A DNA stretch of 64,000 nt from an uncultured Thermodesulfobacteriota bacterium (GTDB lineage Bacteria; Desulfobacterota; WTBG01; CAIYCZ01; CAIRTM01), in the NCBI GenBank assembly GCA_964387595.1, contig CAYLYF010000004.1:2139-66138 (forward strand), written 5' to 3'. The position numbers were made by a program, and so were the translations under genes. Below, in pieces: positions 1 to 9,247 of this stretch. The notes under the pieces are model-generated. The model worked only from the letters and a program-made list of their open reading frames with translations, had not been told where the DNA came from and searched no databases. The stretch's first letter is position 1, and each line of letters starts with the position of its first letter.

Positions 1-1545
1 AAGCTGACCCCTCGGTTCAAGGTTAAACAGCGCATAGGGGACAGCCTTTCCGGTGCGGTCAGACACGATGGACCCGTTAAACCGCATGGGAAAATCACCG
101 CGGTAATCCTCATATCCTGAAAAACTGGAGTTGATGATACCGGTTCCTTTGGTGTCGGTCAAAAATTCGTCCCGATACCCGATTAAAGCACGGGAAGGGA
201 CGCTGAACTCAATGTTGACTCTTCCTTTGCCGTGATTTGCCAGGTTGATCATTCTTCCTTTTTTAACAGACAGCTTTTCAGTGACAACCCCGAGAAAACT
301 TTCTTCGCAGTCAATGAAGAGGTGTTCAACCGGCTCCTGCTTTTTGCCTTTTTTCTCTTTAAAGATGACTTCGGGTCTGCCCACGCTGAACTCAAAGCCT
401 TCCCGCCGCATGGTCTCAATAAGAATGGCCATCTGAAATTCGCCGCGACCCTTTACGATGAAACTTTCGCGTTCCGTTGTTTCTTCGACCTTGATGGCGA
501 CATTAAGAAGGGTCTCCTTATTCAGTCTTTCGCGAATCTTGCTGGACTGGACAATCGTTCCCTCTCTGCCGCAGTATGGGGAGTTGTTAATGGTAAAGCG
601 CATGGAAACTGTGGGCTCGTCAACCGTTATCCGCTTTAAAGGTTTTGGGTAGTCTTTTTTGCAGATCGTATCTCCGATGGTGGTATTTTCGATTCCGGAC
701 AGGATGATTATTTCTCCCGGTCCTGCTTCCTCCACAGTCTTAAACTTCATGCCGTCGTATGTCTGGAGTTTTGAAACTTTAAGGGGAAGGTATTCATTTT
801 TTTCATTGATACAGATCAGCTGATCATTAAATTTTGCTGTTCCGTTAAAGATACGGCCGATAGCAAGACGGCCCAGATAATCTGAATAACCGAGGTCTGA
901 CACCAGCATCTGAAGCGGCGCTTTCGGGTCATAGGTTGGCGGAGGAATTTCCTCGAGTATGCTTTCTAAAAGAACATGAAGATTATCTGTTTTGTCTTCA
1001 AGCTTTTCCATCACAATGCCTTCGCGGCCATTGGCATAAAGAACGGTAAACTCGAGCTGTTCATCGGTAGCTTCAAGATCGATAAAAAGATCATATATTT
1101 CGTCCAGTACTTCATAAGGTCTTGCATCTTTACGGTCGATCTTGTTGATGACCACAATTACATGAAGTCCCGCTTCAAAGGTTTTTTTAAGGACAAAACG
1201 GGTCTGGGGCAAAGGGCCCTCGGAGGCATCCACCAGGAGAATTGCGCCGTCGGCCATTGAAAGCGCTCTCTCCACCTCGCCGCCGAAATCAGCATGCCCG
1301 GGGGTGTCAATGATATTAATTTTTACATTTTTCCAGAGAACAGAGCAGTTTTTTGCTGAAATGGTAATGCCGCGCTCGCGTTCCAGATCCATGCTGTCCA
1401 TGATGCGGTCATCCACTTCCTGGTTTTGTCGGAAAAGACCGCTTTGTTTGAACATGGCATCGACCAGGGTTGTTTTACCGTGGTCAACATGGGCAATGAT
1501 AGCGATATTTCTTATTTTTTCATTTAATACAAGGGCTTTCATCAT
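1..1545 (-). CDS. typA: Translational GTPase TypA/BipA, 3' end runs off the window
   Basis: Not in the ORF track. Manual minus-strand translation from 1545 gives MMKALVLNEKIRNIAIIAHVDHGKTTLVDAM (G1), with DTPGHADFGGEVER further on; the window edge reads AVPYALFNLEPRGQL in the same frame. Confidence 0.96.
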   Translation of the reverse strand, partial: MMKALVLNEKIRNIAIIAHVDHGKTTLVDAMFKQSGLFRQNQEVDDRIMDSMDLERERGITISAKNCSVLWKNVKINIIDTPGHADFGGEVERALSMADGAILLVDASEGPLPQTRFVLKKTFEAGLHVIVVINKIDRKDARPYEVLDEIYDLFIDLEATDEQLEFTVLYANGREGIVMEKLEDKTDNLHVLLESILEEIPPPTYDPKAPLQMLVSDLGYSDYLGRLAIGRIFNGTAKFNDQLICINEKNEYLPLKVSKLQTYDGMKFKTVEEAGPGEIIILSGIENTTIGDTICKKDYPKPLKRITVDEPTVSMRFTINNSPYCGREGTIVQSSKIRERLNKETLLNVAIKVEETTERESFIVKGRGEFQMAILIETMRREGFEFSVGRPEVIFKEKKGKKQEPVEHLFIDCEESFLGVVTEKLSVKKGRMINLANHGKGRVNIEFSVPSRALIGYRDEFLTDTKGTGIINSSFSGYEDYRGDFPMRFNGSIVSDRTGKAVPYALFNLEPRGQL

Positions 1546-1780
1546 TTTGTTTCCGGTTACCTATTCTATATGTTTTGGCAGTTCAGTCCAGAGGCTGTTG
1601 ATTGGTATTATGGTGAATCTGCTGGTTTTTAAGAAGCCTAAAGTTAACTACACAGTATAAGTTATAGTATGCTTTGTGTCAATAAACAATAAGGCTATTG
1701 AGGGGTCAGAAGAACAGGTGTTTTGGGTTGTGAAATTTTTGGAAACTGATTTTAATCCAGGCAATTAATTTAAGTTTTTC

Positions 1781-1809
1781 TTGACAAAAACCTTTTAAAT
1801 CCTTAATAT
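1781..1809 (+). promoter_or_regulatory. Sigma70-type promoter of tetR
   Basis: TTGACA (1781-1786), 17 bp spacer, TAATAT (1804-1809), directly followed by an operator palindrome. Confidence 0.6.
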
Positions 1810-1823
1810 ACTGACCAGTCAGT
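1810..1823. promoter_or_regulatory. Putative TetR operator, copy 1
   Basis: ACTGAC-CA-GTCAGT inverted repeat between -10 and the tetR start; recurs at 2522 and 8333. Confidence 0.8.
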
Positions 1824-1839
1824 TTATTAAGGATAAGTC

Positions 1840-2436
1840 ATGCTTAAAAAAACGGTAAAAAAAGATCGTAAAGAAGATGTTTTTGAAGCGGCCTTGAAAT
1901 GTTTCAATGAAACAGGCTATTACAGAACATCCATTGATAAAATTGCTAAAAAAGCAAAAATCAGCAAAGGCGGTATATATTATCATTTCAAATCAAAAGA
2001 AGAGCTGTTTATAAAGCTTTTTACTTTCAGGTGCAATAAGTATCTTGAGCAGGTACGAAACGAGATACAGACGGTTAAAGACCCGGAAGAAAGGCTGGAA
2101 CTGTTTATCGAAAAAGCAGGCAGCCTTTATATGGGTAATGAGGATTTCTTAAGGTTTTTTATAGAATTCATGACAATGGGATTACGCGATCCTGAGATTT
2201 GTGATGTAATGACTTCGTATTACAAAAATGCAATTGAACATTTTAAAGAGCTTATTCAGGCCGGAGTAGATGAGAAAATATTTAAAAATATAGATACCGG
2301 TAAAGTTGCCAGGCGTGTTTATTTTCTGTCTGCGGGGATTTTCTTTACCTATTTTACGGTTCGGAAGGATTTTGATTTAGCCGGGGAGCATACCCGTCAA
2401 ATAAGAGAATTTCTGGAAACAATTAAAATTAGTTAA
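1840..2436 (+). CDS. TetR/AcrR family transcriptional regulator
   Basis: N-terminal HTH AALKCFNETGYYRTSIDKIAKKAKISKGGIYYHFKSKEELF. Confidence 0.95.
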   Translation: MLKKTVKKDRKEDVFEAALKCFNETGYYRTSIDKIAKKAKISKGGIYYHFKSKEELFIKLFTFRCNKYLEQVRNEIQTVKDPEERLELFIEKAGSLYMGNEDFLRFFIEFMTMGLRDPEICDVMTSYYKNAIEHFKELIQAGVDEKIFKNIDTGKVARRVYFLSAGIFFTYFTVRKDFDLAGEHTRQIREFLETIKIS

Positions 2437-2521
2437 TACAGGTTTAAAGCATAAAATTACAGTTTTTATGAGTATTTAAATCATTCTTGAGTGGGTGGAT
2501 TGTTTTTTATAACATAACTGT

Positions 2522-2535
2522 ACTGACCGGTCAGT
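2522..2535. promoter_or_regulatory. Putative TetR operator, copy 2
   Basis: Perfect palindrome ACTGACCGGTCAGT 18 nt upstream of ATG 2554. Confidence 0.8.
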
Positions 2536-2553
2536 TTATAGAAAGGGCAAAGT

Positions 2554-2988
2554 ATGAATATATTTGAGATGTTCTATGAAAGTTTCAAAAAATATTTTGA
2601 ATTAATACTCAAGGAGGTTGAAAAAGCTGAAGATCCGGAGCTTCAAGTCCGTATTTTTATTGAGGGTTTTGTGAATGTGATCTACGAGGAACGGGAATTT
2701 TTCAGGACTTACGTGGAAGAGTTGTCCCGGAATGCCGCTAATCCGGAAGTGAAAAAAATGAAAACGATTTTTTATGATCAGTTTATGGAACATCTTAAAA
2801 AGTTATTGCAGCAGGGTATCCGTGCCGGTGTTTTTGTTGGTTTTGACACGGAAAAATTAGCCCGGGCGATCTATTTTCTTTCTATCGGCGTTATTTTTAC
2901 CCGTTATGCCATGAAAATCGATTTTGATCTAAAAGAGCAAAACGCGTTTCAAGTTGACAGAATACTGGAGTCCATAAAATCCAGATAA
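2554..2988 (+). CDS. TetR C-terminal-domain-only protein (no HTH), paralog of 1840-2436
   Basis: Aligns to the C-terminal two thirds of the upstream TetR (DTEKLARAIYFLSIG...DFDL vs DTGKVARRVYFLSAG...DFDL); own SD-like GAAAGGG. Confidence 0.85.
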   Translation: MNIFEMFYESFKKYFELILKEVEKAEDPELQVRIFIEGFVNVIYEEREFFRTYVEELSRNAANPEVKKMKTIFYDQFMEHLKKLLQQGIRAGVFVGFDTEKLARAIYFLSIGVIFTRYAMKIDFDLKEQNAFQVDRILESIKSR

Positions 2989-3018
2989 GAAAGATAAGCA
3001 GGCAAAGGGAGGAATGAT

Positions 3019-4581
3019 ATGAGTTTGCCAGAAGGTGCCTACCCGGCGTTGGAAGACGCTCTGGGTAAGAATAATGTGAGTGATGATCCGTCCATAACCT
3101 CCGGTTACAGCTATATGTGGCTGGCTTATGCGACGCATGCTCAGTCCGGACGATACCGCCCGGCTGCTGTGGCCTTGCCGGAAAGCACCGGGGACATTCA
3201 GACTATCATCAAAATTGCCAACCGTTACGGGTTCAATTATATACCGGTTGGAACCAATTTGTTCCCGCCGAGCATGCCTACCCGTCCGGACACAATTATT
3301 ATCGATCCCAAACGGATGAACCGCATTCTGGAAATTGATACCGATAATATGTTTGCGGTAGTTGAACCTTATGTTACCTATGCCCAGCTTCAGGCAGAAA
3401 CCATGAAGAAGGGGCTGACCCTTACGGTTTGTGAAGGCGGTTCCCAGTGTTCGGTGCTTGCGAATAATATGTTTCAGGGGATGGGCGGAACCGGTCACAA
3501 GTTTGGATTCAACCGGGGTATTCTGGGCTGTGACTGGATACTGCCGAATGGCGAGCTTTTAAAGATCGGCTCCCGGGGGAATGCCCGCGGCGACTGGTTC
3601 TGGGGGGATTGTGCCGGGATGAACTTAAAAGGGCTGCTGCGGGGGGATAGCGGACACTGCGGTGGTCTGGGCATGGTGACCACCATGGCGGTAAAACTGT
3701 TTCCTTATCCGGGACCCAAAACTTTTCCAGTGAAAGGGACCAGTCCCAATTTTAATACAGATTTTCCGAAAGATCGTTTTAAGGTTAACCTGATAAAATT
3801 TCCGACTCGCGAAAAGCTGATTGATGCCATGTATGAGATCGGGCATGAAGAGATCGCGATTGCTGTGCATGAGGAACCGGCCAGCATGATTTTGTGCGGT
3901 GAGTCTCCTTCGGTTGAATATTTTTGGGAAAAATGGCCGGATTTCAAGAAAAAATGGACCAACGTGCTGTCTGTGACTCTGTTTGGTTTTTCATCTTCAC
4001 GTCAGGTCGAATATGAGCAGACGGTACTTGATGCGATTGTTAAAGAAACTGATGGCGAATATATTACTGAAAATTCAGAGCTTTGGGAACATGCCAGCTG
4101 CAACCTTGGAGAACAGTTCCGTACCGGCGGTTCCAACCGGCTTTTCAGGATTGCGGGTGATTTTTTTGTGATGGGCGGATTCGGCTTTGATTCTCTGGAT
4201 CAGAGCCTGAAAATGAGCAAGGAGTATATGTGGCCTCTCATTTTAGATGGTATTGAAAAAGGACACCTGGCGCCCGATGATATGGGAAATGACTGGCTGA
4301 ACTCCTACCAGCTGGGCCACTTTGCAGAAACCGAGCCGCTGATTTATTTTGAGCACGATCTTGAGGCCGGCGGTACTTTTATGAACGGTTATGTCACCAC
4401 CGTAATGGAAGCCGTGAAAAGAAAAATGACCAGCTCCTGGCCGCTGGGTCCCATGACCTATATTACCGGCCCGGCCATGTGTAATTATCATGAACTGGTG
4501 AAAAAAATAAAAGAAGCGGTTGATCCGAGGATGACCTCAAATCCGGGCTATCCTGTTCCGCCTGAACCGCCGCAGGGATAA
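3019..4581 (+). CDS. FAD-binding oxidoreductase, VAO/GlcD-like (FAD_binding_4)
   Basis: PAAVALPES, IIIDPKRMNRILEID, AVVEPYVTYAQLQ, GLGMVTTMAVKL, C-terminal DPRMTSNPG; SD GGAGG. Confidence 0.9.
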   Translation: MSLPEGAYPALEDALGKNNVSDDPSITSGYSYMWLAYATHAQSGRYRPAAVALPESTGDIQTIIKIANRYGFNYIPVGTNLFPPSMPTRPDTIIIDPKRMNRILEIDTDNMFAVVEPYVTYAQLQAETMKKGLTLTVCEGGSQCSVLANNMFQGMGGTGHKFGFNRGILGCDWILPNGELLKIGSRGNARGDWFWGDCAGMNLKGLLRGDSGHCGGLGMVTTMAVKLFPYPGPKTFPVKGTSPNFNTDFPKDRFKVNLIKFPTREKLIDAMYEIGHEEIAIAVHEEPASMILCGESPSVEYFWEKWPDFKKKWTNVLSVTLFGFSSSRQVEYEQTVLDAIVKETDGEYITENSELWEHASCNLGEQFRTGGSNRLFRIAGDFFVMGGFGFDSLDQSLKMSKEYMWPLILDGIEKGHLAPDDMGNDWLNSYQLGHFAETEPLIYFEHDLEAGGTFMNGYVTTVMEAVKRKMTSSWPLGPMTYITGPAMCNYHELVKKIKEAVDPRMTSNPGYPVPPEPPQG

Positions 4582-4660
4582 ACAGAAGAAGGTGAATTAG
4601 AAGATTAGGCCCGGCGTTATTAATAAAAAAATATCAGACAAATGATGGAGGTTAAAAAGG

Positions 4661-6199
4661 ATGGATGAACAAAAGCTGGCCAAGGTGGATTATCAAAAGC
4701 CACTTGAAGATGTATCCTATGGAGAGGTAACGGCGGCAAAGGGTAAATATCAGAAAGAGATAAACCATAAAATAGCTGCTATTGTGGGTGAAAAAAATGT
4801 ATCTGATATGCCGGAAGACCTGGAAAAATATGCTTCTGATAAAAGTCTGGAGAGATATGGTAAGCCGGCCTTTGTGGTCTGTCCGAAAAACATGGAACAG
4901 ATCTGCGAGCTGGTGAAATACGCAAATACGATCCGGCTGCCGATTATCCCGGTCAGCTCAGGCACGCATAATTACGGCGCTGCCCTGCCGCGTATGGGCG
5001 GTATGATCCTTGATTTATCCGGTTGGAAAGAAATCCATAAAATAGATCACAGAAATCGTGCGGTTCGGGTCGCGCCGGGAGTGAATTATAATGAACTTCA
5101 GGATGCCCTTGAAAAAGAGGGGTTAAGAGCGCTTATTCCTCTTTTGCCGCGTAAAGACCAGTCCGTTTTGACCGCTCACATGGAAGCCCATCCCATGCTG
5201 ATTCCGGAGTTCAACTACAGCGAACCGCTTTATACCGCAGAAATCGTATTACCCTCCGGCGAGCTTTTTCGAACCGGCTCAGCCGCAGTGGCGCCGCCGG
5301 AACAGACCCAGACAGATATGGTCGGGCCCTGGGGGCCGGGACTGGACTGGAACCGGCTCTTTACCCGCAGTCAGGGGACCCTGGGGGTGATTACCTGGGC
5401 AAATATCATGGCAGAGCCAAAGCCCGGGAAACAGAAACTCTATTTTACAGCCAGTCCGGATATAAATACGCTGGTTAATTTTACCGGACGGATTCAGAAA
5501 AAATGGATTGGTTATGAATGTTTTATCCTGAACAGAACCCATCTGGCCAATATCCTGTCAAAAACGCCGAGTGAAAGAGAAATGATTCAAAGGAAGCTTC
5601 CGGCATATGTTCAGATTTTCTGTATCGGCGGTTTAAAACGCTTTCCGGATGAGCGTATTGCCTATCAGCAGGCTGATTTTCTGGAGACCTCGCAGGAGTG
5701 CGGAGTGACGCCGCTTCATACGATTCCTGAAGCGCCGCGGGCCGCTGATTTTTTTGAGAAGAATCTGCACCGCTGCTGGGAAGGAGATGTGTACTGGAAG
5801 GATGTCCGCAGAGGAGCAAGCGCTGACATTTTCTTTATTACCACCATGAATAAAGCAGCTGATTTTATTCATGTGATGCAGCAGCAGGCGGGTGCGGCCG
5901 GGTACAATTTTCAGGACATCGGATTTTACCTGCAGCCCATAGAAAACGGCCGGGCAGCGCATGTGGAATTTTCTATTCCTTTCAACCCCGAAGATCAGCA
6001 GGAATGCGCACAGGTAAAACAGCTGCATGGTCTGGCCAGTGAAGAAGTCTATAATCTGGGCGCTTTGTTCACCCGGGCATACGGGCCCTGGGCGCAGATA
6101 ACTGCAAGCCGAAATGCGGGGCAGTACCAGACCGCAAAGCTCATAAAAGAACTTTTAGATAAGAACAATATCATGAACCCGGGGAAACTGGGTCTTTAG
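4661..6199 (+). CDS. FAD-binding oxidoreductase, VAO/GlcD/GlcE-like
   Basis: PAFVVCP, RAVRVAPGV, SQGTLGVIT, C-terminal LDKNNIMNPGKL; SD GGAGG. Confidence 0.9.
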   Translation: MDEQKLAKVDYQKPLEDVSYGEVTAAKGKYQKEINHKIAAIVGEKNVSDMPEDLEKYASDKSLERYGKPAFVVCPKNMEQICELVKYANTIRLPIIPVSSGTHNYGAALPRMGGMILDLSGWKEIHKIDHRNRAVRVAPGVNYNELQDALEKEGLRALIPLLPRKDQSVLTAHMEAHPMLIPEFNYSEPLYTAEIVLPSGELFRTGSAAVAPPEQTQTDMVGPWGPGLDWNRLFTRSQGTLGVITWANIMAEPKPGKQKLYFTASPDINTLVNFTGRIQKKWIGYECFILNRTHLANILSKTPSEREMIQRKLPAYVQIFCIGGLKRFPDERIAYQQADFLETSQECGVTPLHTIPEAPRAADFFEKNLHRCWEGDVYWKDVRRGASADIFFITTMNKAADFIHVMQQQAGAAGYNFQDIGFYLQPIENGRAAHVEFSIPFNPEDQQECAQVKQLHGLASEEVYNLGALFTRAYGPWAQITASRNAGQYQTAKLIKELLDKNNIMNPGKLGL

Positions 6200-6213
6200 G
6201 AGGAGTTAAATCC

Positions 6214-7476
6214 ATGAGTCTTGAAAAATACCGATGGGATCTTGTTAACTGTGAACGCTGCTCCATGTGCAAGTGGCAGCATCCCTGGGCTGTTAAAAGC
6301 AGGGCGCGTGCCATGGTCTGCCCTTCACTGAAAAAATATAACTTTGATGCCTATTCCGCTCAGGGCCGGTTTGATCTTGCCCGGGCGCTGCTTGAAGGAG
6401 AAGTCGAGCTGAATGATAAGGCGCTGGAAGTGATCTATTCCTGTACCCTGTGCGGCGCCTGTGATGTGACCTGCAAATTTACCCGCGACATGGAGCCTCT
6501 TGAAGTTCTGCACGAGCTGCGAAAGTATTGCGTTGAGAAGGGAAAAGGACCGTTGCCCGGGCATATGCCCGCAATTGACAGTATCCGGAAAAACAGAAAC
6601 CCCTGGCTTCAGCCTGCAGCGCGCCGCGGCCACTGGGCCCGTAAAATGGAGGTCAAAGACCTGAATCAGGAAAAAGCGGGGGTTCTTTATTTTGCAGGCT
6701 GCACCTACTCCTACAATGCCAATCTTCAGGATGTCGCCCGCTCCACCCTCCGTATTCTTCAGCAGGGCGGGATTGATGTGGGGATTCTGGGCAAAAGTGA
6801 GAACTGCTGCGCCAGTCCGGTGGTGAAGGTCGGTATGTATGACCTTTTCAGGGAGCATGCAGCAAGAAACATTGAAATGTTTAATGATCTTGGGGTGAAA
6901 ACGATTGTCACTTCCTGTGCCGGCTGTTACGGAGTTTTTCAGAGTCAGTATCCGGCGATTGGAAAAATGAATTTTGAGATCAAACACAGTGTGGAATATT
7001 TTGATGAGCTGATCAAAGAAGGAAAACTAAAGTTTACAAAAGAAGTTCCTATGAAGGTGACCTGGCACGACCCCTGCCATTCAGGCCGGGGCGGAGAGCC
7101 TCAGGATCTGTGGGAGGGGAAACGGGTGAAATGGGGGTTGTCTGATCCTCCAAGAGAGAGGAACTTCGGTGCAAAAGGGGTTTATGATGCTCCCCGGAAT
7201 GTATTGAAGGCCATACCGGGTGTTGAGCTTGTTGAAATGGAACGCATCCGGGAATTTTCGTGGTGCTGCGGCGCCGGCGGCGGGGTCAAGTCCGCCCTTC
7301 CGGAATTTGCAGTTGAAACGGCCCGCGAGCGGGTTCAGGAAGCAAAGGAAACAGGCGCTGAGGCGCTGGTGACCAGCTGCCCCTGGTGTGAGGCCAATCT
7401 TCAGGACGGTATCTATGCGGATGACGGCGGTCTGGATATGTATAGCCTGGTGCAGCTGATTGAAAAGGCTATTTAA
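6214..7476 (+). CDS. Fe-S oxidoreductase with CCG domains (GlcF/HdrD-like)
   Basis: CERCSMC, CTLCGACDVTC, YFAGC, ENCCA, TSCAGC, WHDPCH, WCCGAGGG, TSCPWC. Confidence 0.92.
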   Translation: MSLEKYRWDLVNCERCSMCKWQHPWAVKSRARAMVCPSLKKYNFDAYSAQGRFDLARALLEGEVELNDKALEVIYSCTLCGACDVTCKFTRDMEPLEVLHELRKYCVEKGKGPLPGHMPAIDSIRKNRNPWLQPAARRGHWARKMEVKDLNQEKAGVLYFAGCTYSYNANLQDVARSTLRILQQGGIDVGILGKSENCCASPVVKVGMYDLFREHAARNIEMFNDLGVKTIVTSCAGCYGVFQSQYPAIGKMNFEIKHSVEYFDELIKEGKLKFTKEVPMKVTWHDPCHSGRGGEPQDLWEGKRVKWGLSDPPRERNFGAKGVYDAPRNVLKAIPGVELVEMERIREFSWCCGAGGGVKSALPEFAVETARERVQEAKETGAEALVTSCPWCEANLQDGIYADDGGLDMYSLVQLIEKAI

Positions 7477-7509
7477 ATCACTTATTTATTTGTAGAAAAG
7501 GACAGGTTT

Positions 7510-8265
7510 ATGGACTCAAAGAACAGGTTTGCTTTTCCGAAACGGCAAAATCTGGAAAAGCTAGAGGCTTTTTATGCGGAAATGGATAAAAGCGGGTCCT
7601 TTGACCCGGTCATAAAAGAGGGTTCCGGGGTCTGGTGTGCTGAAGTCCACTGTTCCCGGGGAGAATTGTTTGAAAAGGCCGGTATGGCACGGGTGGAACT
7701 GACAAAAGGAGAGGTTGATGGAGGATCCGCAGACATTACTCTGGTTCAGACCCTGGCCTGGCCGAAAAACCCGAATCTGCCCGGTCTGATCATTATGGCC
7801 AGCACCAGTAAAATGGAAGGGATGGACGCGATTATCACCTTTTATGCGGATCTGATCATTCAGAATGGTGCGCCGCTTCAGGAAGACAAGGATATTTTCA
7901 CAGATGCGCTGAGAGCAGCCTGTGAAAAAAATAAACAGAGTTTGGAAGAATACCAGGCTTTTCTGGCGGGCCGGGGGATGCTGGGCGGCTGTGCCGCTGA
8001 ATGCGGGATTCTCTATTTTTTTGAGGAGAGTGACGCGGCGCTTCTGGAGAGCCTGTTTTCAGGCGCAATGGAAGCATACAAAAAAATTACCAGCGAAACA
8101 AAACCGTCGCCGACTGAAGATGATTTTATAAAAATGCGTGACAGTCGTAAGAAAATTCAGGAGTGGATGACGACCGAGGATTACGGCTATAAAGTTTCAC
8201 GGCAGAATAATATTCCTGAAGCAGTTATCGGAGCTTACGGTTTTCCGCCTTCTGCTGAAGGTTAA
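7510..8265 (+). CDS. Divergent HemF (coproporphyrinogen III oxidase)-fold protein
   Basis: GELFEKAG, AWPKNPNLP, YADL, ALRAACEK and CGILYF follow the order of HemF motifs (VFEKAG, HPxNPxVP, GGGxDL, ACD, GGIFFD); the RGRYVEFNL motif is not conserved. Confidence 0.6.
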   Translation: MDSKNRFAFPKRQNLEKLEAFYAEMDKSGSFDPVIKEGSGVWCAEVHCSRGELFEKAGMARVELTKGEVDGGSADITLVQTLAWPKNPNLPGLIIMASTSKMEGMDAIITFYADLIIQNGAPLQEDKDIFTDALRAACEKNKQSLEEYQAFLAGRGMLGGCAAECGILYFFEESDAALLESLFSGAMEAYKKITSETKPSPTEDDFIKMRDSRKKIQEWMTTEDYGYKVSRQNNIPEAVIGAYGFPPSAEG

Positions 8266-8332
8266 TCCGTATTTTTTAAAACGGTTCAGCTAGCCGGACA
8301 GTTCTTTGTAAACCCTTTTTTTAGGACAATGA

Positions 8333-8352
8333 TATACTGACCGGTCAGTATA
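8333..8352. promoter_or_regulatory. Putative TetR operator, copy 3
   Basis: Perfect 20 bp palindrome TATACTGACCGGTCAGTATA upstream of 8427. Confidence 0.85.
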
Positions 8353-8426
8353 ATCAAGGTGTTTAAAGTTTAGCGTTTTTGATATGTATCACTTGCTAAA
8401 AAAACAGAAAATTAAAAAAGTAAAAT

Positions 8427-9245
8427 ATGGAGCTGAAAATGAAAAAAAACAGAAAAGCATATAGCCTCATATTCATAAGCCTTATTTTTTCACTGTTATC
8501 TATTTCAGAAGCTCTTCATGCAAACGAAAGCCAGATCAAAGAAGATAAACAAATCAATGCTGAGGCCGATGTTGACAGCAATCATCCTGAGATTCCCGAA
8601 GGGGTGACCTGCGCGGATTGTCATGAAATAAAGTTTGATGCAAAGACCACCGCTACTCAGGTATGGCTCACAGGAAACTATGCCGGGTTTAGCCCCGATG
8701 AAGGGATCATGGACAATCGTCTTGTAAAAGAAGCTATTGTAAAAGAAATGGGCGGCAGAAAACAGTGCCGGACCAGCATTCTGGCAACCTGTATCAATAA
8801 TGTGCCGACAAGTTCAACGGCCGAATACGTTCTGGATCCTCAGGACATGGCTTTGTACGGGGTTCATGAAAAAGGAACCGCAAAACTTCTTCACCTTAAA
8901 CAAAATCCCCGATTTAGTTTAAACTGGCACCGGGAATTTAAAAACTGGGGGGAAACGCTCTGTATTCAGTTTGTGGGGACGGCTGAGCTGATTGATGGAA
9001 ACAGCCCGGAATATGAAAAAATCCTGAAAGAGATTTATCCCTATGAGGAAGGCGCGGATGCCAGAAAAATACCCCATGAAAAATATATCCAAATGGCGAA
9101 GCAGATGATGCTGATCAGCAGACTGACCGTAAAAGAGGCAACCATCACCAATATAAAGTTCAGAGAGAAAGGCAAACGTCCCTGGCAGCGCTGGGTTCGA
9201 CATGAAGATGATGATAAGAATTTATACAAAGGAAAGGGCAAATAG
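8427..9245 (+). CDS. Exported monoheme cytochrome c fused to a PNPOx-like split-barrel domain
   Basis: Signal-peptide-like N-terminus, single CADCH, then ILATCINNVP...KGTAKLLHLKQNPRFSL...IQFVGTAELI typical of pyridoxamine-phosphate-oxidase-like barrels. Confidence 0.75.
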   Translation: MELKMKKNRKAYSLIFISLIFSLLSISEALHANESQIKEDKQINAEADVDSNHPEIPEGVTCADCHEIKFDAKTTATQVWLTGNYAGFSPDEGIMDNRLVKEAIVKEMGGRKQCRTSILATCINNVPTSSTAEYVLDPQDMALYGVHEKGTAKLLHLKQNPRFSLNWHREFKNWGETLCIQFVGTAELIDGNSPEYEKILKEIYPYEEGADARKIPHEKYIQMAKQMMLISRLTVKEATITNIKFREKGKRPWQRWVRHEDDDKNLYKGKGK

Positions 9246-9247
9246 AT

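Noticed and set aside
232-1660. Plus-strand ORFs 232-639, 245-436, 458-652, 976-1260 and 1304-1660
   Set aside because: Antisense shadows of typA, which the ORF track missed because it runs off the window.
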